Virus record (IMG/VR): IMGVR_UViG_3300010365_001171
Span: 1-64,000 of that record
Length of the DNA stretch: 64,000 bases
Origin: a virus
Lineage: Duplodnaviria; Caudoviricetes
Direction: 5' to 3' (one strand)
The notes beneath the pieces are model-generated. The model was not told where the DNA came from, did not search any database, and saw only the letters and a program-made list of their open reading frames with translations. The position numbers and the translations under genes were made by a program. This document shows, piece by piece, positions 39,730 to 52,200 of the stretch; within the stretch, counting starts at the first letter, position 1; every line of letters starts with the position of its first letter.

Positions 39730-40177
39730 AATGACTCAATTAGAACAATGGAAGATTTACTATATGAATGGTGAAAAACTTCGTTTGGGGGTATCAAGTG
39801 AAAATGAATGGAAAAAAAGAGATGATAAAAGTATAACTGCTTTTATACAATATTTTTTTATGTCATGTAAAAATACAGAAGTAAGAAATGAAAATGGGGA
39901 TTTTTTAAGTAATTGTGGCGGGAGGGCTAGATCTATAGATGATTTTGTGTTTCATTTTAAATATTACTTCCCAGGAGAATGTGTGTTTAAAGCTTTACTA
40001 GAATTAGGAAATTTAAAAGCTGTTACATTTTTTTGTAGTGATGTAAATAAACAAGTAGTTCATTTATTTTGTGATGATTTCGCCCTTAATGAATATGCAG
40101 TACATTGCATTGCTTTAAAACACTCTAATTTATCTTTTTATAAGTTACATGAAGAATTAAGAAACCATAAAAAATAG
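39722..40177 (+). CDS. hypothetical protein, paralog family A-like copy 4
   Basis: GGRARSIDDF..HFKYYFP...FCSDVNK. Confidence 0.7.
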   Translation: MDKMTQLEQWKIYYMNGEKLRLGVSSENEWKKRDDKSITAFIQYFFMSCKNTEVRNENGDFLSNCGGRARSIDDFVFHFKYYFPGECVFKALLELGNLKAVTFFCSDVNKQVVHLFCDDFALNEYAVHCIALKHSNLSFYKLHEELRNHKK

Positions 40178-40420
40178 ATGACTATTTTCGAAACGTATAA
40201 AAAATTAAAAACTATTAACAAAGACAAAAAAAATATTTTAGATATTTTAATTGTATTTATTAATAGCTTACAAGGTGTTACAATTTTATCTTTAAATGAT
40301 AAAGACGTTATTATAAAATACTTCAAATACGAAGTAAGAGGCTTAGGAAAATCGTTATTAGCAAAATTAGATTCTTGTATGTATAGAATTAGTGTTAATT
40401 ACAATAAAGTGAAAGAGTGA
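40178..40420 (+). CDS. hypothetical protein
   Basis: 80-aa ORF, last plus-strand gene. Confidence 0.55.
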   Translation: MTIFETYKKLKTINKDKKNILDILIVFINSLQGVTILSLNDKDVIIKYFKYEVRGLGKSLLAKLDSCMYRISVNYNKVKE

Positions 40421-40460
40421 AAAAGGCGTGGAAAATATCCACGCCTTTTCCTTTTTTTTT
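40421..40460. terminator. bidirectional terminator between convergent modules
   Basis: AAAAGGCGTGGA-AAATA-TCCACGCCTTTT with flanking A and T tracts at the strand switch. Confidence 0.92.
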
Positions 40461-40465
40461 GACAA

Positions 40466-43400
40466 TTATAAATTCCTTTGTGCGTAATCAAATCCTTTGA
40501 TTAATTCATGTGGATGGAATGTATTGCCAGAAATACCTATAATTTTTAATAAGTCTCCTAATACTTTAGGTGCGTCTGGGTCAAAGAATCCTTTTCCTTG
40601 TTTTAGATAAGCATTTTCTTCCCCTGTTAATAACCCAATTGTGTGCTTAACCAAGTTAGAAGTATTTCTATAATGCATACTATAAGCTACTGAAGGAGTT
40701 GTTAAAGTTTTACTAATTTCATTAGCCCCAAGAACAGGCATAAATTGTTCTGTTTCAGAACGGGCTCTTTTAGCTAAATAAATAGCATGAAGTAAAAAGA
40801 AATTAGCATCCTTATCAGGTTCTCCATCACCATCTCCATCAGCTAAAGCTGTAAGAGCAGATGATATGATATATATACATAAGATCATTAGTATCTCAGC
40901 CGCAGCTCTTTTTAAATTAGCTTTTTGTAATGGTGTTTGTGATGTCCACCAATTTTTTGGATTTGTTAAACGTTCTTTACCTGTAACTACATTAAAAAGC
41001 TCTTTAATAACAGAATTATAGAAAGTAATATAAAAACCTTCTGTATAAGTATCACGCATTATATTAGCACGTAAACCTGAAAATCTTTTAGCAAATAATG
41101 GAACAAAAAACTTTCTAAAGAAAAAGGCCATTCTACCAACTGAATACCTTTCAACCATAGCTTGATTTAGCTTTGAATAATTACCATGAAGCCCTTCGTT
41201 TATACTCTGAATTTTATTTATTAAATTAACTTCAGAATCTTGGGTATATTCCATTGTTTTAGAAAATGTTCCTCCATCATTTAACACATAGCTAACATCT
41301 CCTTCAGCAAATTCCATTAGGCCTGTAACTTTAAAATTTTCTTCGTAAGCAGCTAATAAATTAGTAGTCTTACCTTTATAAGTCACAATTCTTGTTTTTA
41401 ACATTCCTAACATAGTAGATATCTGTACTTCGTGCTCTCCTAAATGTCTTAAATAATTTGCAGGGCTATTTTGTACAATTTCTCTTAACGCAGTTCTTTT
41501 AAATCCTTCCTCTATGCTTTCCGAATATTCCCCTGTTATTGGGTCAAATAATGCAACTAATTTAGATATAAAAGACTTATTACCAGATTTAGTAAAATCT
41601 TTCATAAAATCTTTCGCATAATTTAAATAAGCCGCTTCACCAATTTTCCACGTTTTATAATTAAAAAATTCATCTGACATAGATTCAATAGTAATTTGAA
41701 TTCTAGCAGATACCCAGTTTACAACTGCACTAGGTATATTATAACTTAATGAAGTAAAAGCAGCAAAACCATTGACATTATCTACAAATTTAGAAAATAC
41801 CCTGTTTTCTCCTCGCTTTTTATACTCTTTATAAATTTGTGTTAATATAAGTGCTTCTACTTGTTGTGCTCTATAATTTGTGTCGCCTTTAACAAACTTT
41901 TGAGATGTTAAAGTTAACCCCCTAACTAAAGAATTTTGTTTAGCAGACTCTGGAGTATTTTCATTTAAAATTTTAGATATAGATTTAAAAGTAGGCAAAG
42001 ATTTTTGAATTTCATTGGATTGAGCGACATCATATAAATAACCTGTAATATTCCCAAATACATCTAAAGATTGATCCTCCTCTGTTAACTTATTATTATA
42101 TTTAACAGGTACAAATTGAAAAGGTTCACCGGATAATTCCGCTAATCCATAACCATTATCTTTATCTGACGCTGCAAATTTAAATCTATTTTTTGTATAT
42201 GACCATATTTTTTGTCCCTTTTCTTTTATACTTCCTGAATTAAGAAGAGCTTCATTTAATTCTTGTTCCTTTCCACCTAAAAAATACCCTAATCTATTTT
42301 GAATAGTAGTTGTTTTTTGACTATTTAAATAATATTCTGTTAATTCACCTAAAAGTTTTTTTACTTCTGGATTAGTAGAAGCATTAGAATTTTTCCATTT
42401 AGACTCTTTTGGTAAATAACTCTTTAAAGTTTCATCATATACAGACTTGTCATTTTTATAACTGTCTTTAATTTCTCTTGTTTTACTGTATTTATAATTT
42501 GGCGTGTTAATAATGTCTTCTTGCTTTTTAGGTCTAGTAACTGTCCAAATTGTAATCGGTTTACTAACTACTTTATATCCTTTGGAACGGTCGTCCCAAA
42601 CAGTTTTATTATAATGATTATCTAAATACCAAGAGCTATTTTTAAAGTTTTCTTCTACTTTTTTATTAAATTCTTCATCAGTCTCTCCTGTGTTTCTTAC
42701 GGTACTCTGTTCAACTTCAAATTTTTTATTAGCAGAAACTTCTTCATAATAGGTTGTATTTACGGTTTCTTGTAATTTGTCAAGTTCTTTTATTAATTCA
42801 AAAATTTCTTTTTTATTTCCATTAGCACTAGAATTTTGTATTTTTAAATCAATACGTTTAAAATTTTCAAAATCTTCTGGAGTCATTTCTCCTTTTAATT
42901 GTGCGTCATCTATTCCTATTCTATCTACCCAATAGGCCGGCAAACCATATTTTTGTATAATTTTATTAAATAATACTTTTTCATTCGTTGAAACTTCCCC
43001 ATCATCTAAACGCAAAGTTTCCAATTCTTCTTGTATTTCTTTAATTTTAGCCGCCTGCGCTTCTGTATAAAGATCTCCTATAATCTGGTTTTGATCATCT
43101 TTTGCTTGTCTAGATCCCCTTAAAGTGGCTAAATCAAGTCTTAATTGTTCAACACGAGCAGCTTTTTTACTAGAAAGCTCTGCTAACCTATTATAAATTC
43201 TAGTTCTTTCTTCTATAAAAGAATCAGTATAAGAAGCTAAACTATTTTTTTGATGCCAAACAGATAGTTGAAATTTATAATCTTCCTCATTAATAAGTCC
43301 ATCTGAAAGACGCTGTGAAAGAATGCTTTCAAAAACACTTCTATTTTTCTCCCATTTTGCGGCACCTTCTAGGTTATCTACGTTATCATTAAACAAGCCA

Positions 43401-45046
43401 TTAACCTTTTCTCTATAAGAAGACAATTCTTCTGCGATGGCTAATTCTTTCCCTGTTTTTTCCTTACCTGTATAAGCATCATATTTACTATAAAGATTAG
43501 CTTTTTTTAATTGTAATCTTTTATAATCTTTCCAATCTTCTACAGTTAAATTTAACTGGTTTTTATGCATATGATCAAAAAGTGTAATTTCTGCATTTAC
43601 TTCATCTAAAGCTTCTCTTGATTCTAATGAGATATTATCAAAAACTTTATAAAATTCTTCGTTTCCAGGAAGTTCTAAATTCTCTCTCTCCCAAGATTTT
43701 AAATTCTTGAATAACTCATTAACTGTCTTCATTTCTTCAGCGGTTTCAGCTGTTTTCCTAGCTTCAGAATAAGCTCTTTTTAATCTTTTATGCGCATTTA
43801 AAAATTCCCAATTAAAAGTTGTCATTAAAGCAAGTCTTTTTTCAACAACTTCTTCACCATTTTCATCAAAACTTAAAATATTTACCCATTGATATAAATC
43901 TTTATAAGATTCTTTTAAATTATTTTTATTTCCACCATTTAACGTAAATAATCTTTGCTGAAAAGTATCCAAAGTATCCTGTATAAGAATACCTTGTTTT
44001 CTTATGTTTCTCTGATGTGTATTTAATATTTTTTGCATAGCAGAAACAATAGGATCACCAGACATTCCAGCAGATTCTAAATAGGCACTTAAAATACCTA
44101 CATCACCCCCTTTACCAAGTAAAATTTGCTTTATAAGATCCTTGGTAATTCTTTTATTATTTAAGGCCTTTAATTCTTTGGTATACTTATCTATCAACTT
44201 CTCATTTTGCTGCTCCTTAGCACGCTTTAAACGGGTGATAACCCTGCCTTTACGGGCCTCTAACTCAGGATGAGAACCTTCAAGACTATCTTTCATAGCT
44301 TCTAATCTTTTTATTTCCGAAACATCGCCTAATTTATTAGCTTCTACTAATTGTTCATTTATATCAGACAATTGAGATAAAATATTCACATTATTTCCTG
44401 AAATATCCATATTCTTAAACACATCATATAATGTATTAACAACATGATCAAAAGATTTATTATTATACTGAGCTTTAATAAAGCTAAGATTTCTTTCTAA
44501 TTTAGTTAAAGCAACATATACATCATTAGTATCAGGTATATCATTTAAAATAAAATAGTTTTTTAATTCTCCTACTACATCTAAATATGCTACAGCAAAG
44601 TTATTAGCATCAAACAACTGATTATAAATTTCAATTGGATTATCTTTATACTTATCCATAGTTTCTATAAAATGCTTCTTAATAGCCTCAGAAGTTACTA
44701 TACCAGACTGTAAAAAAGCTACAATAGACTGCGCTTGTTTTAAAGTTTCATCTGTAGTTCCTTTATTCAAAGAGCTAAGTCTTGAAGAGGCCTCTTTAAG
44801 TTCTGGAAACTTATGTCTAAGGGCATTAAACCACTCTAAACTATAAGAGGCATTTAAAAAAATTTTTATATTTTCAAATGCTTTTACAAGACCAGAATCC
44901 TTTAATGAATCTAAAGAGTTAACTAAGTCATTTATATTTTTATTTAATTTTTTTTCTTGTAAAAAATCAAACATGGCATCTTCTGATGCAAACTCAAATA
45001 ATCTACCTGACCCTTCGTCAGTAAATGTATATTTACAACTACTCAT
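40466..45046 (-). CDS. giant virion/ejection protein (1526 aa)
   Basis: Helical, acidic; last gene of the giant minus-strand block; starts MSSCKY. Confidence 0.7.
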   Translation of the reverse strand: MSSCKYTFTDEGSGRLFEFASEDAMFDFLQEKKLNKNINDLVNSLDSLKDSGLVKAFENIKIFLNASYSLEWFNALRHKFPELKEASSRLSSLNKGTTDETLKQAQSIVAFLQSGIVTSEAIKKHFIETMDKYKDNPIEIYNQLFDANNFAVAYLDVVGELKNYFILNDIPDTNDVYVALTKLERNLSFIKAQYNNKSFDHVVNTLYDVFKNMDISGNNVNILSQLSDINEQLVEANKLGDVSEIKRLEAMKDSLEGSHPELEARKGRVITRLKRAKEQQNEKLIDKYTKELKALNNKRITKDLIKQILLGKGGDVGILSAYLESAGMSGDPIVSAMQKILNTHQRNIRKQGILIQDTLDTFQQRLFTLNGGNKNNLKESYKDLYQWVNILSFDENGEEVVEKRLALMTTFNWEFLNAHKRLKRAYSEARKTAETAEEMKTVNELFKNLKSWERENLELPGNEEFYKVFDNISLESREALDEVNAEITLFDHMHKNQLNLTVEDWKDYKRLQLKKANLYSKYDAYTGKEKTGKELAIAEELSSYREKVNGLFNDNVDNLEGAAKWEKNRSVFESILSQRLSDGLINEEDYKFQLSVWHQKNSLASYTDSFIEERTRIYNRLAELSSKKAARVEQLRLDLATLRGSRQAKDDQNQIIGDLYTEAQAAKIKEIQEELETLRLDDGEVSTNEKVLFNKIIQKYGLPAYWVDRIGIDDAQLKGEMTPEDFENFKRIDLKIQNSSANGNKKEIFELIKELDKLQETVNTTYYEEVSANKKFEVEQSTVRNTGETDEEFNKKVEENFKNSSWYLDNHYNKTVWDDRSKGYKVVSKPITIWTVTRPKKQEDIINTPNYKYSKTREIKDSYKNDKSVYDETLKSYLPKESKWKNSNASTNPEVKKLLGELTEYYLNSQKTTTIQNRLGYFLGGKEQELNEALLNSGSIKEKGQKIWSYTKNRFKFAASDKDNGYGLAELSGEPFQFVPVKYNNKLTEEDQSLDVFGNITGYLYDVAQSNEIQKSLPTFKSISKILNENTPESAKQNSLVRGLTLTSQKFVKGDTNYRAQQVEALILTQIYKEYKKRGENRVFSKFVDNVNGFAAFTSLSYNIPSAVVNWVSARIQITIESMSDEFFNYKTWKIGEAAYLNYAKDFMKDFTKSGNKSFISKLVALFDPITGEYSESIEEGFKRTALREIVQNSPANYLRHLGEHEVQISTMLGMLKTRIVTYKGKTTNLLAAYEENFKVTGLMEFAEGDVSYVLNDGGTFSKTMEYTQDSEVNLINKIQSINEGLHGNYSKLNQAMVERYSVGRMAFFFRKFFVPLFAKRFSGLRANIMRDTYTEGFYITFYNSVIKELFNVVTGKERLTNPKNWWTSQTPLQKANLKRAAAEILMILCIYIISSALTALADGDGDGEPDKDANFFLLHAIYLAKRARSETEQFMPVLGANEISKTLTTPSVAYSMHYRNTSNLVKHTIGLLTGEENAYLKQGKGFFDPDAPKVLGDLLKIIGISGNTFHPHELIKGFDYAQRNL

Positions 45047-45050
45047 ATTT

Positions 45051-45461
45051 TTAACAATTATTTATTATGCTTCCGTTATCATTTAATTTACTGATATAAT
45101 CTGGATTATCAAAACTTTTTTCAATATTTATTTTTTCTTTTTTTGATTCTTGGCTATTTTCTATATTTTTTAAGGTAGCTACAAGATTATCAGAAAAGGC
45201 TTCAAAATCACTAGAATTTTCAAATTCTATTTGTTTATCATAAACATATTCTATTGCTTTTTGCAATCCTTTATCTATTGTAATGATACTTGAAACACCA
45301 TTAACAGTTTCAACCTTGACTACATTAATATTATTCCAAGTACTGTTTAAATCTTTCATTACATTACGAGCAGCTACCGGGGAATTTCCCCAGTAGTCCT
45401 CAGTAATAAGTTTATTTATAACACCCTTAATAGTTGTTTCTATATTTAATTTACAAGCCAT
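45051..45461 (-). CDS. small protein with Cys at both termini (MACK...INNC)
   Basis: 136 aa; its only two Cys are terminal. Confidence 0.75.
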   Translation of the reverse strand: MACKLNIETTIKGVINKLITEDYWGNSPVAARNVMKDLNSTWNNINVVKVETVNGVSSIITIDKGLQKAIEYVYDKQIEFENSSDFEAFSDNLVATLKNIENSQESKKEKINIEKSFDNPDYISKLNDNGSIINNC

Positions 45462-45462
45462 T

Positions 45463-46290
45463 TTAACAATCTTTTTGTGTAGTTACGGAAGAATTTATAA
45501 TTTTTTGGAGTATTTGAGGATCTGAAATTGTAACCTTTCCAAAATTAGTTTTACCTGTTCCAATAATAGTATTATCAGGTAAAATAAAATACTTAGAATT
45601 ATTATAAGTACTTTCTCTAAGGGTACCTTCTAAAAAGGATAAGTTAGCCTTAATTTTATTAAGAATAGTTTCATTTGTGACCTCTTTACCATTGGCAGTA
45701 AAATATTTACCATCTGTACCGATATTATAAACAGCTCCTGATACTGTTATACTGGTCATATCAGCAGACTTTACTTTAGTTGTTTGAATAACAGCAGGTA
45801 ATTCTTGAGAAGCATCGTTTGTTTTTTCTACTGCTAACCGTTCAAATTTAATAACTTTTACAAGACCTTCACCAGCAGCAGCTACTTCTATACGTTCTTT
45901 TTTAGCTTGAGCTGCATGTTCTTGGTTATTTTCTAATTGAAGGTATTTCTCAAATTCGTCACTATTTTGAAATAATTCATTAATATTTACATCTGAAACT
46001 TCAGTAACTTTAATTTGTAGCATATTTGAGTTTCTAAAATTATTTTCTTTAATAATTAAAGTATCCCCTACACTTATTGGTCTATTTACCTCCAAAGTTA
46101 ATTGTTTTTTCTGACCCTCTAAAATTCTATAATACTCTCCAGGAATAGTAGAAACATAAGAATTCATGTATTCAAAAGTAGAATCCAACTCTTCAACAAT
46201 TTTTTCAAATTGAACTTGTGTACCAGATACACCAACAATATTCAAATAAGAACTTTTAACTTCTTTTTGTGTAAAATCATAAATTAACAT
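45463..46290 (-). CDS. ASCH/PUA-like domain protein ending KDC
   Basis: ILEGQKKQLT...ISVGDTLIIKE...IKVT pattern; overlaps the RNAP ORF end in the +1 frame. Confidence 0.6.
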   Translation of the reverse strand: MLIYDFTQKEVKSSYLNIVGVSGTQVQFEKIVEELDSTFEYMNSYVSTIPGEYYRILEGQKKQLTLEVNRPISVGDTLIIKENNFRNSNMLQIKVTEVSDVNINELFQNSDEFEKYLQLENNQEHAAQAKKERIEVAAAGEGLVKVIKFERLAVEKTNDASQELPAVIQTTKVKSADMTSITVSGAVYNIGTDGKYFTANGKEVTNETILNKIKANLSFLEGTLRESTYNNSKYFILPDNTIIGTGKTNFGKVTISDPQILQKIINSSVTTQKDC

Positions 46291-49200
46291 ACTCTTTTTT
46301 TGCCATAACAGTTAACATATCATGGTTATTTAAATTTTTACCTAAATCTACAAGAGCTGTAATTCTAAATTTATTAAAAGAATGCCCAAAGAAAACAACA
46401 TCACCAACTCTATAACTTTTGTCCTCAATTTTTAAAGTGTCAATTGTTTTATCCCCTTCTTTTACTTGTGTAATAGTTACAGGAAGTGTTAAAGCAGTTT
46501 TTTTACCTTCTATAAATAATTGTTCATTACTTAAAACCCTCGTTTTTACATTATAATAACTAACAGCGCTAGGACTAACAGCTTCAACATTTTGCCAAGC
46601 AGATAATTTAGCAGCGTTTTTAATATTAGTAAAACCATAAAAAGAAAATGTTCCAGTTGCGGGTGTTAAAGTACCTACAGTATCCCCTCCTAGTAAATCA
46701 CTAGAAAAGTTAGGGTCTATTTCTATAAACGCGTTCTTCTTAGATACAATAGTAGGGGATAGTCTAAACAGTCCATTAGAAATCCTTAACTTATATTCTT
46801 TAAAATTACCAGTCCCTTTAGCAGAAATTTCTTTAAATATCCCACCATTATTTTGTCTAAATAAAGCAGGAAAATGGTCTAAAAATCCTTTAAAGAGATT
46901 TGTACCAGATTGTGTCTGAGTTATTTGGCTGATAAAGCTATCTATAAGGGGTCTTACAACATTTCTAAACTCTTCACTAGGTATAAGTTCATTAAAAGTT
47001 GTACCTGTTTTAGATATACCATTCTCTACCAAATTAGTATAAATTAAATCTTTAAAAAATGTTCTAACATCATCTGCAAATTTTTCATCGGGATGCGTAA
47101 ATTCCAGTAAATCACTAAATTGTTTTTCATACGCATTTGCTAACCTACCTGTTATTCTATCACCTTCATACGTAATACTAACAATATTAGAGTTTTTAGA
47201 TTCTTTTTTAGAAAATAAATTTATAAATCTAGTTTCTTTAGCATTTGGCATTACTTCTTCAAATCTATTTTGAAGATTATTTAATCTTGTTCCAATATTA
47301 TTTTCACCTGATAACATTTTGGCATATTTGGTAAAAATATTATTTACAAATTTACCTTCAACTATTAAACCATTTTGAACAATAAAAGATATTAATTGAT
47401 TATAAAAAAGCTTTTCCACTTTTTCAACGGACTTAGCACCATAAATACCTGCTTTAGTTAAATCTAATTTAATTTTAGCAAGTGTATCTAAAACCAAAGG
47501 ATTAGAGGACAATGGAAATAACGGTGTAAATAACTCTTTTAATAAATCAAAATTTTCAAATGCCCTTATTGGAGTTTCATTTTTAATTCTATTATAAACA
47601 ACACTAGGAAAAATATTGTCTGTTTTACTATACTTAGTAACCTTTTGAGATTTATCTATCAATGACATAATATTTGAAGTCTTTCCAGTATCAAAATTTA
47701 ATGTGCCGGTAACATCTCTCAACAAACCACTTTGAAATAATAACTCATCTAATTGAGCTAAATATATTAATTGTCTTTTACTAGAAGGGGAATTTTTATC
47801 AAAATTTAATGGCATAATTAAATCATCAGCCAAAGATTTTGAAATTCTTTCATAAGAAGAATTAGCATATTTTACATAATTAGATAAAAAATCGTTCTTA
47901 ATACCTTTAAATCCTTTATTAGAATCAGAGTACTTTTCTACTAGTGAGTCTTGAACAAAGCTTTTAAAATTACCAGATAATTCCTCATTTCTAGATCTTG
48001 AAAATGCAATTTTTAAAAATTTAGATTCTTTCATATTCAACATCTTAACGTAATCACGTATAATTGGTTGATTCATAAAGTTAGCTACATCAATAGGTGA
48101 AGTTCCCATTTGTAACATATGAAATATTACAGGGGCCATCATTTTACCTGCATTCATATAAAATATAAAGGGTTCTTTTGCTATATCCACATACGCATTT
48201 ATAAATTGTGAAAATAACTCTGATTTTTTAATATCGTCTAAAGTATAACTATGTGAATAATCAATATGTTCAACACCGTCAACAATTACTTTACGATGAG
48301 GTAAAAAATACATTACCTCACGTTTATCTACAAAATTAGATAAATAAGCACCAGAACTTTGGTACAATTGAGTAAATGTGTTTGCTAAGGCAGCTATACC
48401 TAAAGTATCTTTACCTCCTAAAAATGCATTAAACTGCTCTAATATATTTAAAGCATCTAATACTAATGTAGGAGATTTAGATAAATTAAATTCTCCTGTT
48501 CTGGCACCAACAGCAGCTTTAATCTTATCTGCTATTTGATCTTTGATAATATTAGTTGAGTTAGGAGTAACCATACCTTCAAAAGATTCTGGCATTAAAA
48601 GACTTTTAACAGCAACGTCTAACAATCTATTAGAAAAAACAGTTTTTATACCATTTTTATCAAACGTTTTAGTTAAGATAAATGGTTTACTTCCTTCTTC
48701 TATTCCACCACTTATTTTGTACTGAAAAATATTTAATTTATCCACATCAAAATCTGATCCAGCACTAACAACAATTTCTGATGGTACAATAATAGTACTT
48801 GCCATAGAAGGATCTAAGAACTCTACTACTTGCATAACTTCAATTGAATTAAGCCCCTGTGTAGGAATCCTATAACCAACCATAGTTAAGAATTTTTTAT
48901 TCTTTTCTACCCACTTACCCTCTTTAGAATTTTCATCTAATCGAGCAGCCATCAATATAGCATTAAGGTCTTTTATAGACTCTGCTAATGTTTCCCTTTT
49001 AAAATTCTTACCTTCAAATTCTAATGCTAATAAAGCCATATGTTTATTAGGGTCAAAAGAAATTTTTACTTGCATAGCAAGAGTTTCTCCTGTATTAGGG
49101 TCTATTCTATAAAAAGCTAAATCTTTACTATAACCTTTATTTTTAAATCTTTCTTTTACATATGTTTTTTCAAAACCAGTTACAGAAGCTTGTACTAAAG

Positions 49201-52200
49201 CGTCACCATAAACCTTTTGATTTACAAGACGGTTGTTTATAATACTAAATAAAATCTTTTCAACGATTAGTTTATTTTTAGCTCCTTCTAAATCACTAAC
49301 AGAAAGCTCTACTTCATCTTTGCTACCTTTTTTAGTAATAGTTTTAAACGTATCTAATACAGAATTAGGTAAATCTCGCCTTTGAATTTCTTGTTTAATT
49401 AAATCTCTTAAATTAGACCAATTTGTTATAGTAGATTTTTCATTGATTTGCTTAATTCCTAATTCTTTAATTAAACCATCTTTTTCATGATTTACCATGT
49501 CCTGTAAAAGGGTATTATACTCATGATATAACTTAAATATTGGAGAAAGTTTTATTTTTTCATCCAAAGTTAGGTTAAACCAGTTATCATCTTTTACATC
49601 TACTGGTACACCCCCATTAAACTTATCTTGAAAAAGTAGTTTTCTATACTGAGTACCAAAAGTATTTTCAGTCTTCATTTTAGGGGCTATTTTAACCTGA
49701 TTTTTCATAAACTTCCAAAAAATAGTTTGGGTAGTTAATTCTTTATCATTAAAATCACCATCTTCACCATAAAAATCATTTATTTGTCCATTTTCATCAG
49801 TAAGCGTTTCTATTTTAGAGCCAGACGCAAATGTAGCATAACCAACCCTCTGTCTTAACATTCTATTATTTAATTTTTCGTAAGGTGTACCAGCTATTAC
49901 AGATGGTATTAAAGGTACAATAGCGTATTTATGTAAAGCTGGAACAAATAACCCTAAGCTATTCTTAATTCCACCAGTATATTGATCTTTTCTTACAGGA
50001 AATAGAGCTATTTCTTCATTAGATAATGCTTCTCCTGTAATAATTTTTACAAAGGCGTTTTCTTGCTTTTCTGACCAACTCTCAGTTCTTAAAGAATCTA
50101 CTCGATACCACTCTAAAGTACAAACAGCAGTAGCATCAGGTTCTTCATAACCTTCATGACCTTCTTCAAGTGCTTTACCCCTATAAAGTTCTAATACATC
50201 TAATTTATCTACGTATTCTTCAGCAGTCTCTTCAGAAAATCCCTCTTTTAATTTTTGGTTTTTTATACCAGCTCTAATAGTTTCATAAAATTGAGATACA
50301 TTTCTAACATCCTTAAATACAGCTACCTTAAACTCATTTGAAATTTGAAAATCAGCTTCATCTAATAAGTCATTTTCATACATGTAATTTCTTGACTGCA
50401 AAAGAGTATTAGGATTATTACGCAAGAAACGTAACATCTCATCATCTGTTCTAGCCATTGTACCAGTAGCAGAAAAACCAGAAAAGCGTTTAAATGGATC
50501 TTTATAAAAAGCTAAATCACCATATAATACTCTCATATTTTCTGCATTCAAAATAAAAGAAATAGTAGAATAAGCATGCGCTATTTCTTTTATAGTTAAA
50601 GATTTTCCGTCTCTGTATTTAATACTTCCAAATAATCCTGAAATTCCTTCAACCATTTTACCATCATCCCCCTCATAGGCTAACAAAGATAGTCCACCAT
50701 CTAAAAGTGCTTTTTCCATAGCCACTGCTGTACCATTTTTGCCTAAAAAGTAAGTTGTTATAGAATCTTTAATTCTTTCTCCTTTAGGGCCTAATATGTA
50801 CTCTTTTGCTAATAAAACAGCGTGGTCTGGGGAAGAGGCAGAATCTATTAAACTTTGTAGATCTGCTTTCACTCCATTAGATAATAAAGCGTCGAAAATT
50901 ACAAAAGTTGTTGCTTTTTTATCATAAATTTTAGAATTTAATTTAGTAGTTTTAGCAATTTTAATACGTTTAATTTCTGAAAGGAGAAGATCACGCATAA
51001 AAGTTCCTCCTGCAATATGTGAACTATTTATATTTCTTAAACTAATCACTGACGCTTCTTCAAGTGATATAGGAGTATTTAATTTTTTACCTGAATTATC
51101 TTTACCCCAACTAGACATTTTATAAGCATAAGCAGAAGATTTATCCCCAGTTCTAATGTTTTCTTGTACTCCTATAGAAAGTGCATTAAGAATATCCATA
51201 GAAAGTTTATCAAAAGCGGCTAGTTTAGTAGTGACTTGTCCCTTTTCATTCAAATTTTCTGAAGCTACCTTTAAAATATCTAAGCCATTATAACTAATTA
51301 AACTATATGTAACATTTTTACCGTTCTCTTTATTTCTTTCCCAAATACCTTCTGTATTTTTAGTAAATAATCTATTAATAACTAAACTACCTAATAACAT
51401 TGGATTGGCATCCGGATTTAAATGGTTATACTCAGGTAATGCAAAGATTTCATTTAAAGTTTCATACTCTGGATTATTTAAAGTATTAGACAATAGAGTC
51501 ATATAGTTATTTAACTGGTGCTCATACTCTGGCTTATCTGCTGCATTATAAATAGACGGCTCAAAAAATGTAGAAGAGTATTTTAATTCAATTTCCCCTA
51601 ATCTTTTTAAATCTTTTTTTCTACCAATAATAGCCTGTCCTTTTAAATCTTTAAATGATGAGTACTCAAGCATATCTCCTATTACATTATTAATAGGATT
51701 ATTATTGCTTATCATAGTAGTTATCCATCTATGTATATCATGTATAATGTCAAAGTTACCCTCTGACTGATAATTTTTTAATATTAAATCAAATTCTCCA
51801 CTTTTTACTGCGTCTTCACTCAAATCTATACCTAAAGCCTTTAAAAATTCAACCCTTTTTGCCTTAATCTCATTAATTACAGGTTTAAAGGTAGGCTTTG
51901 AAAACATTTCATCTGTTATTTCTATAGAATAAAATGGAAAATCAGCCAAAAAATCTTTAAATAAAAACTTAACCCCATTTACACCTTTAAAGGCATACGG
52001 AGAATCTTCAAAGTTAGTTTTCCAACTATCGAACAAACGCTCTTCTGATTTATTATTTGCTCTTTTTAACGAAATTGATCCTTTTTTAGAATCATATAAG
52101 GACACTTCTCTTGGAACTAAGGTATTACTAAAAGTATGATAAAAATCACTTCTTTTAATAGTTGCCTGTAAAGTTAATTTTGAAGGGTTTTTACCTCCCA

